A stretch of 40,268 nucleotides of DNA from positions 7,537 to 47,804 of the forward strand of contig JAYOTF010000021.1 of assembly GCA_038150265.1 (NCBI GenBank), given 5' to 3'. Below, one piece after another: positions 1 through 8,369 of the stretch. This DNA is from Deltaproteobacteria bacterium (GTDB taxonomy: Bacteria; SAR324; NAC60-12). Below the pieces are notes generated by a model that saw only the letters and a program-made list of their open reading frames with translations, was not told the DNA's origin and made no database searches. Position numbers and translations under genes: made by a program. Positions within the stretch are counted from its first letter, which is position 1. Each line of letters opens with the position of its first letter.

Positions 1-636
1 ATCCTGATACGAGGCGGAGGAAGGGCTGAAGGTGAGGGAGTCGTTCTCGGCATCAGAAGCGGATGCCCGCGCAGACAGGCTACAGCTGCCACTCGGATTT
101 GAGGCTTCGTTAACGGTACACGTCACATTTGAAACCGTGGGGGCGGTATTGACCGGAGCCTTCAGGTCAATGATGTAATCCGTGGTAGCGCCGTCCACAA
201 CAATGGTCTTGGAACCACTTCCGTTGCCCGACCCGGAGATCGACGGAAAGCCTCCACTTGTCGTGGGATACCCGCTGACCGGCTTATCGTCCAGGTAGAC
301 GGTCCACTGTTGCCCCGGTCTCAACCCCGAAGCGGTCACCGTAATGGTTTCCGATGAGCTATCCTCTCCAGCGGGAATCCCGGCATACTGCGCCGGGCCA
401 TCCACACCACCCGAGTTGCTGGTGTAAGGAATCTGGAAGGAGTCCGATTTCCCGGTGCTGGAACGAATAGAAAAGGATGCGGTCCCGGTGCCCTGTGCCC
501 CCACCACGCTACTCAGGAAGACCGTTCCCCAAAGCAAAAGGATGAGACGGAGCAACACGGCACGCCCCCAGCGCATTCGCTTCAAGGAACTCATCTGCAC
601 CAACAAGGAGCACCGGCTCTCAGGACACACACACAT
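1..636 (-). CDS. Secreted Ig-like/cadherin-like repeat protein, N-terminal part (runs off the window edge)
   Basis: Not in the ORF track. Manual translation is open from ATG 636 (GGAG 8 nt upstream) or ATG 594 to base 1: MSSLKRMRWGRAVLLRLILLLWGTVFLSSVVGAQ (signal peptide), then an S/T/G-rich beta-strand region and NTAPTVSNVTCTVNE...ASDAENDSLTF, typical of bacterial cadherin/Ig-like repeats. Confidence 0.75.
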   Translation of the reverse strand, partial: MCVCPESRCSLLVQMSSLKRMRWGRAVLLRLILLLWGTVFLSSVVGAQGTGTASFSIRSSTGKSDSFQIPYTSNSGGVDGPAQYAGIPAGEDSSSETITVTASGLRPGQQWTVYLDDKPVSGYPTTSGGFPSISGSGNGSGSKTIVVDGATTDYIIDLKAPVNTAPTVSNVTCTVNEASNPSGSCSLSARASASDAENDSLTFSPSSASYQD

Positions 637-641
637 TTCGC

Positions 642-833
642 TCACTCCGCGCCCACCCCATTCATCTGGCGGAGCAGGGCCAGGTCCTTGAGCAGCACCC
701 CCACCTCCTGATCCGGGTTCGTCTTGTGGTGGTTCTCCAGAAACACCAGGAGCTGGTTCAGCTGCTTGGGACAGTACTCCCCCTTCAGCTCGAAGATGAG
801 CGTGTCTTCTGCTTCGCGGCATTGAATGAACAT
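642..833 (-). CDS. Small hypothetical protein, weakly STAS/anti-sigma-antagonist-like N-terminus
   Basis: ORF 642..866; likely start at MFIQCREAEDTLIFELKGE (ATG 833). Its stop lies 5 nt upstream of the ATG at 636, suggesting co-transcription. Confidence 0.45.
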   Translation of the reverse strand: MFIQCREAEDTLIFELKGEYCPKQLNQLLVFLENHHKTNPDQEVGVLLKDLALLRQMNGVGAE

Positions 834-904
834 GAGGCCTGATCCAAAACGAAGGGAGTGGGGCATTGAACAACTGCGAAGGTTATTGCAGGAATGTCCC
901 TGAC

Positions 905-934
905 CAACAAACCCGTAGATGGGAGGTCTACGGG
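905..934 (-). terminator. Putative intrinsic terminator/attenuator hairpin
   Basis: Perfect 8-bp stem CCCGTAGA-N7-TCTACGGG (912-934), followed on the minus strand by TTTGTT. Confidence 0.4.
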
Positions 935-939
935 AATTA

Positions 940-1070
940 ACCGATCAAGCCTTTGATATCAAAACAGATTAATCCGAAACCTCCGAAATGGGAGTTTTTG
1001 GGAGATTTCTTTAATCTATTGATATTGTTTAATTTTTAAAAAACAGGATTTTTGCAGAAATTTTCCCATG
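940..1070. promoter_or_regulatory. AT-rich promoter/regulatory region upstream of the small ORF and adhesin-like gene
   Basis: Sharp AT-rich segment with palindromes TTTGATATCAAA (952-963) and GATTAATC (967-974), direct repeats TCCGAAA (973, 982) and TGGGAG (989, 999). Confidence 0.5.
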
Positions 1071-1225
1071 ACGCGCCTGAAGGAAGGCGGAACCCCCGGA
1101 AGAAGGCCAAGAGCCTAGGGAGAGCGCCCCATCAGGAGGGGACTGGTGCGGGCTGGGTGCGGGCTGAAGGCGCCCGGGGCCTCGACCTGTGGAAGCAGAG
1201 GTCCCTGAGCTTTTGAGGGAGGGGG

Positions 1226-3871
1226 TCAGGAATTCAGGGAGGTGTAGCGCTGCTGCAGTTCAGGAATGCGAGCATCCTCGGCGCAGGCGCGGAAGACGTG
1301 CTGGACCAGCCGCCGAACACGGCGGTACTGGGGACGACGGGGGAATTTTTCAAAGGAAAAGTACTGCTCCAGGCCTCGGCAGCGCCAGGTGTTGCGATCC
1401 AGGTGCACCCCCCATCCGGTCTCCTGAGCCAGATCAATCAGTGACCTCTCCGTCACCTCCTCATAGCAAAGCAGCAGGTCATTCATGAACTGAACAAACT
1501 CGCGCTTGAACGCTTCCTCCCGGTCCTGCGGGGTCTCTTCCTGAAGCTGGAGGTGGTGCCGAACCCGAGCCAGCAGCTCCACTTCCCGGATCGGCTTGCT
1601 CAGGTAGTCGGTTCCTCCCACCTGATACATCGCCTCCAGGTCTTCACGCCGGTTCAGCGCCGACATGAAGAGGATGGGCAGGTGTTCCTCAGGGAAGGAC
1701 TTCCGGATCAGCTCACAGGTTTCCAGGCCATCGAGCCCGGGCATCATCACATCCAGCAGCAGCAGCGACGGCTTCAGCAGTCCCGGGTCTTCCAGGTACT
1801 TCAGGGCCTCCTCTCCGGTGCCAATGAGGGTCACCTGGTAGTGAGCGCGTTGCAGCATCTCCATGAGGACGTACTGAGACGTCGGGTCATCTTCAATGAC
1901 CAGCACCAGCGGGTTTTGCGAATTCGCCGGCAAGGGGGCAGCCAGCACCTGAGGCACCACCGCTTCAACGGTGGGCAGTTCAAAGCTGATGGCCTTCTCC
2001 TGAGGCCCCCGTGTTTCCAGTTGCAGGGTACTGCCGTAATTGGCCAGGAGGTCCTGCACCACACTCAGGCCCACGCCCAGCCCGGGAACACCAGGAGCGG
2101 CTCCTCGCTCAAAGGGGCGAACCAGCCGTTCCCATTCATCTGGCGCAATGGGGGTTCCGGTGTCCACCACCCGGATCTGGATCCGAGTCTCTGAGAGCAC
2201 TTCCACCTCCAGCCGAACGCTGCCCTGGGGGGTGTACTTGATCGCATTGTCCAGCAGGTTCAGCAGGACCTGATGCAGCTCGGCGGCATCCGCCTGAAGC
2301 GGTGGCAGGTCGTCCGGAATTTTGGACATCAGCATCAAGGAACGCTCGGCGGCCTGATGCTCCAGCAGCAGGAGCACCTCCTCCAGCAGGCTCCTCAGCT
2401 CCACCGAGTCTCTTCGGGCCCGCAGCAACTCGCCCCCTTCCACTCGGGTCAGGAGGTCGTCGACCATCCGCGCCATCCGCACGCTGTTGCTCTGAATCAG
2501 GTCAAGCGCCACCCTTCCCTTGCGAGAGAGCGCCTCCTCCCCCTTGAGGAGGTTCTCCACCAAGCCCACAATGCCATGCAGTGGGGTCTTGAGCTCATGA
2601 GATGTATTGGTCAGCAGGCGGTCCTTGAAGGCATCCACTTCCTGGAGCTGCCGGATGGCCTGCTGCTGGGCCTCCAGTTTCTCCTGACGCAGCACCCGCA
2701 TCTGATCCGCAAGGCCCCACGAGAGCAGCAACGACAGCAGCATCATGCTTCCCATCGAGTACCACTCGGAGCGCAAGGCCTCCGGAAACCAGTCGAGGAT
2801 GGCCAGTCCGGTGAGCAAGAACCCCAAAAATGGCGAGAGCGCGGCCCCAAACAGGTAACGCGCCGGACGGTACCCCTGGCCCATGACCCACGCGGCAGAG
2901 AGCAGCAGCAGCAAGGAGCTGATGATGGCAAAGGCGATCCGGAACTGCAGGAACCCCCGCATGCCGCCGTCACTCAACCCAAAGGGCAGCAACCCCATCA
3001 GCAAAGCGACTCCTGCCCCGGTGGAGAGCACCACAAAGCAGAGGCGCGACCGGCGCTTGAGTTCCAGAAACTGAATGAAGAACAGGTAGGCACACACCGA
3101 GCTCAACGCGCCCGCAATGGCAGATCCACGCAGCACCCACCACGGCAGGTCCTGAGTCAGGTAAAGCAGGAAGTTGCTCCGTGAAAAGTAGAGCAGGTGG
3201 GTCAGCAGGAAGAGGCTGTACAGCAGGTAACTGACGTTCTGGAGCCCCCGGAAGAGGAACAGGTTGTACATCGCGAGCGCCAACCCGAATCCCCAAAACA
3301 GGCTCACCCCCCACTGCTGAAAGGTCTGCTGCAGCAACGCCTCCGCAGGAGTCATGGCAGTGAGGGGGAAGCTCAGGGCATTCACCGACCGGACCCGCCA
3401 ATGCAGCACCCGCGTTTCTCCGGGCTCCAGGCTCAGCTGGAACACCGGCGTGGGCAACGCCACGGTTCGAAGAGCCAGCGGCACAAAGCTTCCGGACCGT
3501 TGCAACGAGCGAGCAGCCTGGAGGTCGGGGAAGAAATCGATCTCGTTGGTAAAGAGGCTTTCACTGACCAGCCAGCGTTCCAACCGAGTGGACCCCGGGT
3601 TGTGGACGGTCAGCCGAAACCAAAACGTAGAGCCCGTGAATCCGAGGTTCGAGCCGCCCTCCGGAAGCGCACGGAACGCCGCCTGCGGTTCCGGACGCGC
3701 CAGGTCCTCCCGCGTCAGGGTGCCTTCAGGGTCCTCCAGGACCTCCAGGAAGGGAGTTAACTCCTGCTGAGGAAAACTGGAGGTCAGGTTGACGCGAACC
3801 TGCGCGCCAAGGCTGCCGCTCAGCAAGAAGAGGATTGCTCCCACGACCCCCCACAACCGAACTGTGCTCAA
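1226..3871 (-). CDS. Hybrid sensor histidine kinase: 7TMR-DISMED2 + 7TM-DISM + HisKA + HATPase + REC + C-terminal ChiS-family-like DNA-binding domain
   Basis: Signal peptide; LEDPEG...NLGFTGSTFWFRL (DISMED2); YNLFLF...YLLYSLF plus 7 TM helices; SHELKTPL; NLLDNAIKYT; GLGVGLS; REC IEDD...LLDVMMP...KP; about 100-aa tail with M..LL.YE..T.RS..LA.E..W.V.LD..T.R.R.L..Y.....P.RP..R.V. Confidence 0.9.
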   Translation of the reverse strand: MSTVRLWGVVGAILFLLSGSLGAQVRVNLTSSFPQQELTPFLEVLEDPEGTLTREDLARPEPQAAFRALPEGGSNLGFTGSTFWFRLTVHNPGSTRLERWLVSESLFTNEIDFFPDLQAARSLQRSGSFVPLALRTVALPTPVFQLSLEPGETRVLHWRVRSVNALSFPLTAMTPAEALLQQTFQQWGVSLFWGFGLALAMYNLFLFRGLQNVSYLLYSLFLLTHLLYFSRSNFLLYLTQDLPWWVLRGSAIAGALSSVCAYLFFIQFLELKRRSRLCFVVLSTGAGVALLMGLLPFGLSDGGMRGFLQFRIAFAIISSLLLLLSAAWVMGQGYRPARYLFGAALSPFLGFLLTGLAILDWFPEALRSEWYSMGSMMLLSLLLSWGLADQMRVLRQEKLEAQQQAIRQLQEVDAFKDRLLTNTSHELKTPLHGIVGLVENLLKGEEALSRKGRVALDLIQSNSVRMARMVDDLLTRVEGGELLRARRDSVELRSLLEEVLLLLEHQAAERSLMLMSKIPDDLPPLQADAAELHQVLLNLLDNAIKYTPQGSVRLEVEVLSETRIQIRVVDTGTPIAPDEWERLVRPFERGAAPGVPGLGVGLSVVQDLLANYGSTLQLETRGPQEKAISFELPTVEAVVPQVLAAPLPANSQNPLVLVIEDDPTSQYVLMEMLQRAHYQVTLIGTGEEALKYLEDPGLLKPSLLLLDVMMPGLDGLETCELIRKSFPEEHLPILFMSALNRREDLEAMYQVGGTDYLSKPIREVELLARVRHHLQLQEETPQDREEAFKREFVQFMNDLLLCYEEVTERSLIDLAQETGWGVHLDRNTWRCRGLEQYFSFEKFPRRPQYRRVRRLVQHVFRACAEDARIPELQQRYTSLNS

Positions 3872-4164
3872 TCCTGTCCCTTACCATGAATGAAATCCTT
3901 TCCTGAGAGGCAAAGCCCAGATTGACTCTGTCCCCATGAACCGAGGTCATTATTGAACAATCACCGCTGCTTCTCAAGGTTTCCTCTTGAAAGAAAAACG
4001 ACCGAGCCCTCAACTGATCCACAAAACCGTTCCTTTCCGGAAGGCTTTTTTGCCTTTTCGTTCCCCTTCGTGCCCTTTTTCATTTTCCAGAATCCCCTTT
4101 CTCGTCTGAAGCCTTCACGGCTACAAAGGTCCGGCACCGGGAGCCGTACTTGCTCAGGCTCGTG

Positions 4165-4221
4165 AAGTTTACGTCGTTGTAAAGTTCCTGCCAGAAAGTC
4201 CGGAAAGTCATCGGTCATACT
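4165..4221 (+). promoter_or_regulatory. Putative CopR/CusR-type response-regulator box plus -10 element
   Basis: AAGTTTAC-GTCGTT-GTAAAG (TTTAC-N6-GTAAA inverted repeat, 4165-4184) and CATACT at 4216-4221, upstream of an operon encoding a CusR/CopR-like regulator. Confidence 0.5.
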
Positions 4222-4301
4222 CATCTCCAGAGTGTGACACCGGGGTCACCTCACCTTCTTCATCACTTGGCGGGCCTGCCCCGCGACAACGGACCACCAC
4301 C

Positions 4302-5051
4302 ATGAAACCACCTGCAATTGAAACGCACCACCTCAGCCAGTCCTTTGGCGCATTCGAGGCGGTGACAGACCTGACCTTCTCCGTCGCCGAGGGCGAAATT
4401 TTCGGATTTCTGGGACACAACGGAGCCGGCAAAACCACCACGCTGCAGATGCTGACCACGCTGGCCCTCCCGAGCTCTGGAACCGCAAAAGTGGCTGGAC
4501 ACGACATCCTGACGCACCCGTTAGACGTACGCCGCGCCATTGGTTACGTCCCGGAAAATGTCCGACTCTATGACACCTTGACCACGCGAGAAAACCTGAC
4601 CTTTTTCGCCCAACTTTCTGGGCTCGAAGACACTCAGAAGCCCATCCGCACCGTGCTGGAGTTTCTCTCAATTGAAGACCTCATTGACCGTCGGGTGGGC
4701 ACCTTTTCCAAAGGCATGCGGCAACGAGTGGGACTCGCTCAAGCCATCCTGCACCGCCCGCAGGTGCTGTTTCTTGACGAGCCTGCTTCCGGACTCGACC
4801 CCATGGGCATGAAGATGCTCCGGAACCTGATCCTCCGGCTCAACCGGGAGTGGGGCCTGACGATCTTCATGAACACGCACCTCATCTCTGAAATTGCCAA
4901 AACCTGCACCTCCATTGGTGTGCTGAACCACGGGAGGCTGGTGTTTCACGACACCCTGGAACAGGTCACGGCACGCTATGGAGACGACACTGCGCTGGAG
5001 GAGCTGTACCTGTCGGTGGTGCCCACCACGGCCACCGGGGAGGCGGCATGA
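4302..5051 (+). CDS. ABC transporter ATP-binding protein (ABC-2/DrrA-CcmA-like exporter)
   Basis: Walker A GHNGAGKTT, signature FSKGMRQR, Walker B LFLDEP, H-loop NTH. Confidence 0.95.
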   Translation: MKPPAIETHHLSQSFGAFEAVTDLTFSVAEGEIFGFLGHNGAGKTTTLQMLTTLALPSSGTAKVAGHDILTHPLDVRRAIGYVPENVRLYDTLTTRENLTFFAQLSGLEDTQKPIRTVLEFLSIEDLIDRRVGTFSKGMRQRVGLAQAILHRPQVLFLDEPASGLDPMGMKMLRNLILRLNREWGLTIFMNTHLISEIAKTCTSIGVLNHGRLVFHDTLEQVTARYGDDTALEELYLSVVPTTATGEAA

Positions 5052-6007
5052 AGCACCCCTCGCCTCCTCATCCGGTCCGGCCAGCATGGACGATTGCCCA
5101 GCAGTCGCTGCGGTGCCTGTTGCAGGACCGAACGGTCGCGCTGCTGGCGCTGCTGTTTGTCGTCCTCGTGATGCTTTCCGCCTACCTGGGCTGGTCAGCC
5201 ACCCACACGATCAACCAGATTTACGACGATGCCGTCGGTTACTTCCGGGCACAGGGCCAGCCGATTCCGCCGAATCCGGTCCAGGAGCTTTCGTCGCTCG
5301 GCCTGATGCGCAACCTGTCGATTTACGTCAGCCTCATTGGCGCTCTTGCGGCCATCGTCATCGGTTACGAGTTGGTGGCCACCGACCGGAAGGCCGCCGT
5401 GCTGCCCCTGCTGGGGTCTCGCCCCCTGCCTCCCAGGGCTTACGCGTTGGGAAAGATCACGGCGCTGCTGAGCGCAACTGGACTGCTGAGCGTTGTGGCC
5501 GCCGTGATTGTGCTCGCGACCTTTCTGGCCCTGCCGCAGGTACACCTGAGTGCAACGGAGTGGGGCAAGCTGTTCCTCTTCCTGGGGCTGGCCTATGGCT
5601 ACCTCGCCCTCTTTGGGTTGCTGGCCATGGGCATCGCCGCTCAGGCAGAGTCCGAATCCGTGGGGCTGCTCCTTCCCGTGACACTCTGGCTGACGCTGAC
5701 CTTCATCTTTCCGTCCCTGACCGCCAACATTCACCCCACTGCGGCCATCAATCCCATCTCGGCGTTGGCCCTGCCTCCGGACTCCGCCTTCTTTCACGGA
5801 ACCCGCGCCCTCATCGGTTCCCTCTCGTTGGCTGACGATTTCAAGTACCTCGCCGCCGGCTTGCTCGACTACCGGCCTGCTGGAGTGCCAGCGCCAGGCG
5901 GGGTGCCTCCGCTACCGGGCCTGATGCTCGCCCTGGGGCTGGTCACCGGTTATGCCGTCTCGGCCCTGAACGCCATGAATCGCTCACCAGGAGGTCGCCA
6001 TGCTTAA
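5048..6007 (+). CDS. ABC-2 type transporter permease
   Basis: Multiple TM helices; DRKAAVLPLLGSRP...ALGK motif; ATGA overlap with the ATPase. Confidence 0.85.
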   Translation: MKHPSPPHPVRPAWTIAQQSLRCLLQDRTVALLALLFVVLVMLSAYLGWSATHTINQIYDDAVGYFRAQGQPIPPNPVQELSSLGLMRNLSIYVSLIGALAAIVIGYELVATDRKAAVLPLLGSRPLPPRAYALGKITALLSATGLLSVVAAVIVLATFLALPQVHLSATEWGKLFLFLGLAYGYLALFGLLAMGIAAQAESESVGLLLPVTLWLTLTFIFPSLTANIHPTAAINPISALALPPDSAFFHGTRALIGSLSLADDFKYLAAGLLDYRPAGVPAPGGVPPLPGLMLALGLVTGYAVSALNAMNRSPGGRHA

Positions 6008-6977
6008 GCATCCCCTTCTCGCCATCGCGCGCAAGGACCTTTCCGACGCACGTCGCGACCGGTTTCTGCTGATTCTCACCGGGTGCCTCGCCCTCGCAGC
6101 GCTGGTGTCGCTCATCACAGGGGCCATGGCGCTTTCCGCTGAGGTCGCCAGCTACCACGAGGCCAAGGCCCTGCTGCTTTCTCTTGGGAAGCCGATCGAC
6201 TCCATTGTGGCTCCAGAGTTTCACCCGCTCAAACTGCTGCGGGGTGCCATTGAGCAGATTGAAATCCTGGGCGCCGTGCTCGGCATTCTGGCTGGATTCC
6301 GGACCGCGGCCAGTGAGCGAGGACGGCAAACGCTTGCCCTGATCATGACACGTCCCGTGAAGCATTGGCACTTTCTGGCCGGGAAGTATTTGGCAGGAGC
6401 GCTCTTGCTTTCCTTCAGCTTCCTGACGGTCTTTGCCCTCGCCACGCTGGCGCTGCAGGGGCTCTCTGGAGTTGGCCTCGTTGCCGATGACCTGCTCCGG
6501 ATCTTCATCGTCTGGGGGGCGGCCTCGCTGTACGTGCTGACGTTTTACAGCCTCACCTTTGTCCTGACCCTTGGCCTGAAGCACCCGGCCCATGCGCTAC
6601 TGATCGCCTTCACCGCCTGGCTGCTGGTGGTCCTGGTTGCACCCCAGATCGGGGACACGCTCGACCCAGACAACCAGGTGGCCGGAGGAGTCTTCAAGCA
6701 GCTGAGTGTTCCCAAAGCGGAACAGGACCGCATCCTGGCCAGCTATGCCGCCTTTGAAACCATCCGGAACGGCATTGAAGCCTCGTCCATCACCAAGCAC
6801 TTTGAGCGTTTTTCCTTCGCCGTGTTGGGAATCAAGGATTCCTACACCGGCAAGCCCCTCGGTCCGATCCTGACCGAGAAGCAGGGTGATTTTCTCTGGA
6901 TCCTTTTCACCTCCCTCGGGTTGACGGTGCTGCTGCTCGTCCTTCCCATTCATCCCAATCGACTCACCAAGGAATGA
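6000..6977 (+). CDS. ABC-2 type transporter permease (NosY-like)
   Basis: IARKDL N-terminus, SERGRQTLALIMTRPV...FLAGK motif, about 6 TM helices. Confidence 0.9.
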   Translation: MLKHPLLAIARKDLSDARRDRFLLILTGCLALAALVSLITGAMALSAEVASYHEAKALLLSLGKPIDSIVAPEFHPLKLLRGAIEQIEILGAVLGILAGFRTAASERGRQTLALIMTRPVKHWHFLAGKYLAGALLLSFSFLTVFALATLALQGLSGVGLVADDLLRIFIVWGAASLYVLTFYSLTFVLTLGLKHPAHALLIAFTAWLLVVLVAPQIGDTLDPDNQVAGGVFKQLSVPKAEQDRILASYAAFETIRNGIEASSITKHFERFSFAVLGIKDSYTGKPLGPILTEKQGDFLWILFTSLGLTVLLLVLPIHPNRLTKE

Positions 6978-6980
6978 CTC

Positions 6981-7610
6981 ATGTTGACCTTTCCCCAAAA
7001 GACCACCCTTGCTTCTGCCTGCGCGGCCCTCATTCTGGGAACAACGGCCCCGGCTTACGCCACGTCTGACACCGATGGCGATGGCATCCCGGACTCGGCA
7101 GAAGCTCTGATGCACACGGATCCGCAACAGCCTGACACTGACGGCGACGGCGTCAATGACCTCCAGGACGACAACGCCGCCTTTGCGCCCACTCCTCTGC
7201 CGCACACAGGCCAGCCTGCGCCCTTCCGGATTGGTGAGGCGCTCGTTGAAAACAACTACGATCCGGTCGCGCGTCAGGATGTTTCGGATCACCTGGAACT
7301 CCAGGTCCTCAACTCCAGCAACACCGCGCTGACGGACTTCACGGTTTACTATACCATCAAGGATGGCGACAATGGAGCGACGGAAGCGTACCGCAAGCAG
7401 CTCTCCGGCTTTACCGTTCCCGCTCACGGCGAGGCTCGGCTGCACTTCGATGACGGCACCCAGCCCCAGCACTTTCGCGCCAATCCGAACTCGATCTACG
7501 TGACCAGTTCAGCAGCAAAGACCTTCACGGTCACGCTGCAGGCCTCCGGGTTTCAGCCTGTCACGGTGAGCCTTGACAAAGACGCCGGGGGCGCAGAAGT
7601 CGCAGACTGA
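6981..7610 (+). CDS. Secreted protein with two Asp-rich DxDGDG (TSP3-like) putative Ca-binding repeats and a beta-rich C-terminal domain
   Basis: Signal peptide ending ...[16 protein letters not shown]...[23 protein letters not shown]. Confidence 0.8.
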   Translation: MLTFPQKTTLASACAALILGTTAPAYATSDTDGDGIPDSAEALMHTDPQQPDTDGDGVNDLQDDNAAFAPTPLPHTGQPAPFRIGEALVENNYDPVARQDVSDHLELQVLNSSNTALTDFTVYYTIKDGDNGATEAYRKQLSGFTVPAHGEARLHFDDGTQPQHFRANPNSIYVTSSAAKTFTVTLQASGFQPVTVSLDKDAGGAEVAD

Positions 7611-7697
7611 CTCCTGCTCGCCCTGTTTTTCCACAGCGTGGAGCCTCCGGATTCCGGACAACTCCACCTGTCGCCCTTTCCTCCGAAGGAGTTCCTG

Positions 7698-8369
7698 ATG
7701 AAGATTTTGGTCGCGGAAGATGACCGGGAAACCGGAACCTTCATCCGCAAGGGCCTCACTGAAGAAGGGCACCAGGTCGATCATGTGGTCACCGGACGAG
7801 AGGCGCTCGTCCAGGCATCCGGAGGCACCTACGACCTGCTGATCATCGACCGGATGATGCCGGAGTTGGACGGCCTGACCCTGGTGAAGTCACTCCGGCT
7901 GGCCCGCATTGAGGCGCCGATCATCTTCCTGACCGCCCTCGGAAGCGTCAATGACCGGGTGGACGGCCTGAAAGCCGGTGCCGATGATTACCTCGTCAAG
8001 CCCTTTGCGCTGGTGGAACTCTCCGCCCGCATTGCCACCATCGCCCGGCGGCCCAAGCTGCAGCAAGAGGTTACGGAACTCACTGTTGGTCCGCTGCAAC
8101 TTGACCTCCTGACCCGCACCGCGACCCGCAATGGTGAACGGATTGAGCTGCACCCCAAGGAGTTTTTGATGCTGAAGCTGTTCATGGAACACCCCGGACG
8201 CATTCACACCAAGACCATGCTGCTGGATGCGGTTTGGGGCATTCACTTTGACCCGCAAACCAGTGTGGTGGAAACCCACATCAGTCGCCTCCGGAACAAG
8301 ATCGACAAGCCCTTCGACACGCAACTTCTGAAGACCCTCTATGGCGTCGGCTACGTTCTGGAGCCATGA
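7698..8369 (+). CDS. OmpR-family response regulator (CusR/CopR-like)
   Basis: MKILVAEDD, IIDRMMP, GADDYLVKPF, winged helix VVETHISRLRNKIDKPF...GVGY; AAGGAG RBS before ATG 7698. Confidence 0.95.
   Translation: MKILVAEDDRETGTFIRKGLTEEGHQVDHVVTGREALVQASGGTYDLLIIDRMMPELDGLTLVKSLRLARIEAPIIFLTALGSVNDRVDGLKAGADDYLVKPFALVELSARIATIARRPKLQQEVTELTVGPLQLDLLTRTATRNGERIELHPKEFLMLKLFMEHPGRIHTKTMLLDAVWGIHFDPQTSVVETHISRLRNKIDKPFDTQLLKTLYGVGYVLEP

Noticed and set aside
965..1010. Superficial likeness to a c-di-GMP-I riboswitch (GAAA loops)
   Set aside because: Lacks the conserved GGCAAACC...GACGCAAA core and lies on the wrong strand for the downstream genes.
1145..1166. Tandem 11-nt repeat GGTGCGGGCTG x2
   Set aside because: Only two copies with no spacers; not a CRISPR or a supportable element.
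4030..4100. Pyrimidine-rich tract with a short CCTT/AAGG hairpin and T-run; ORFs 3953..4165 and 3961..4224
   Set aside because: The stem is only 4 bp with no upstream plus-strand gene to terminate; the ORFs are low-complexity products of the tract.
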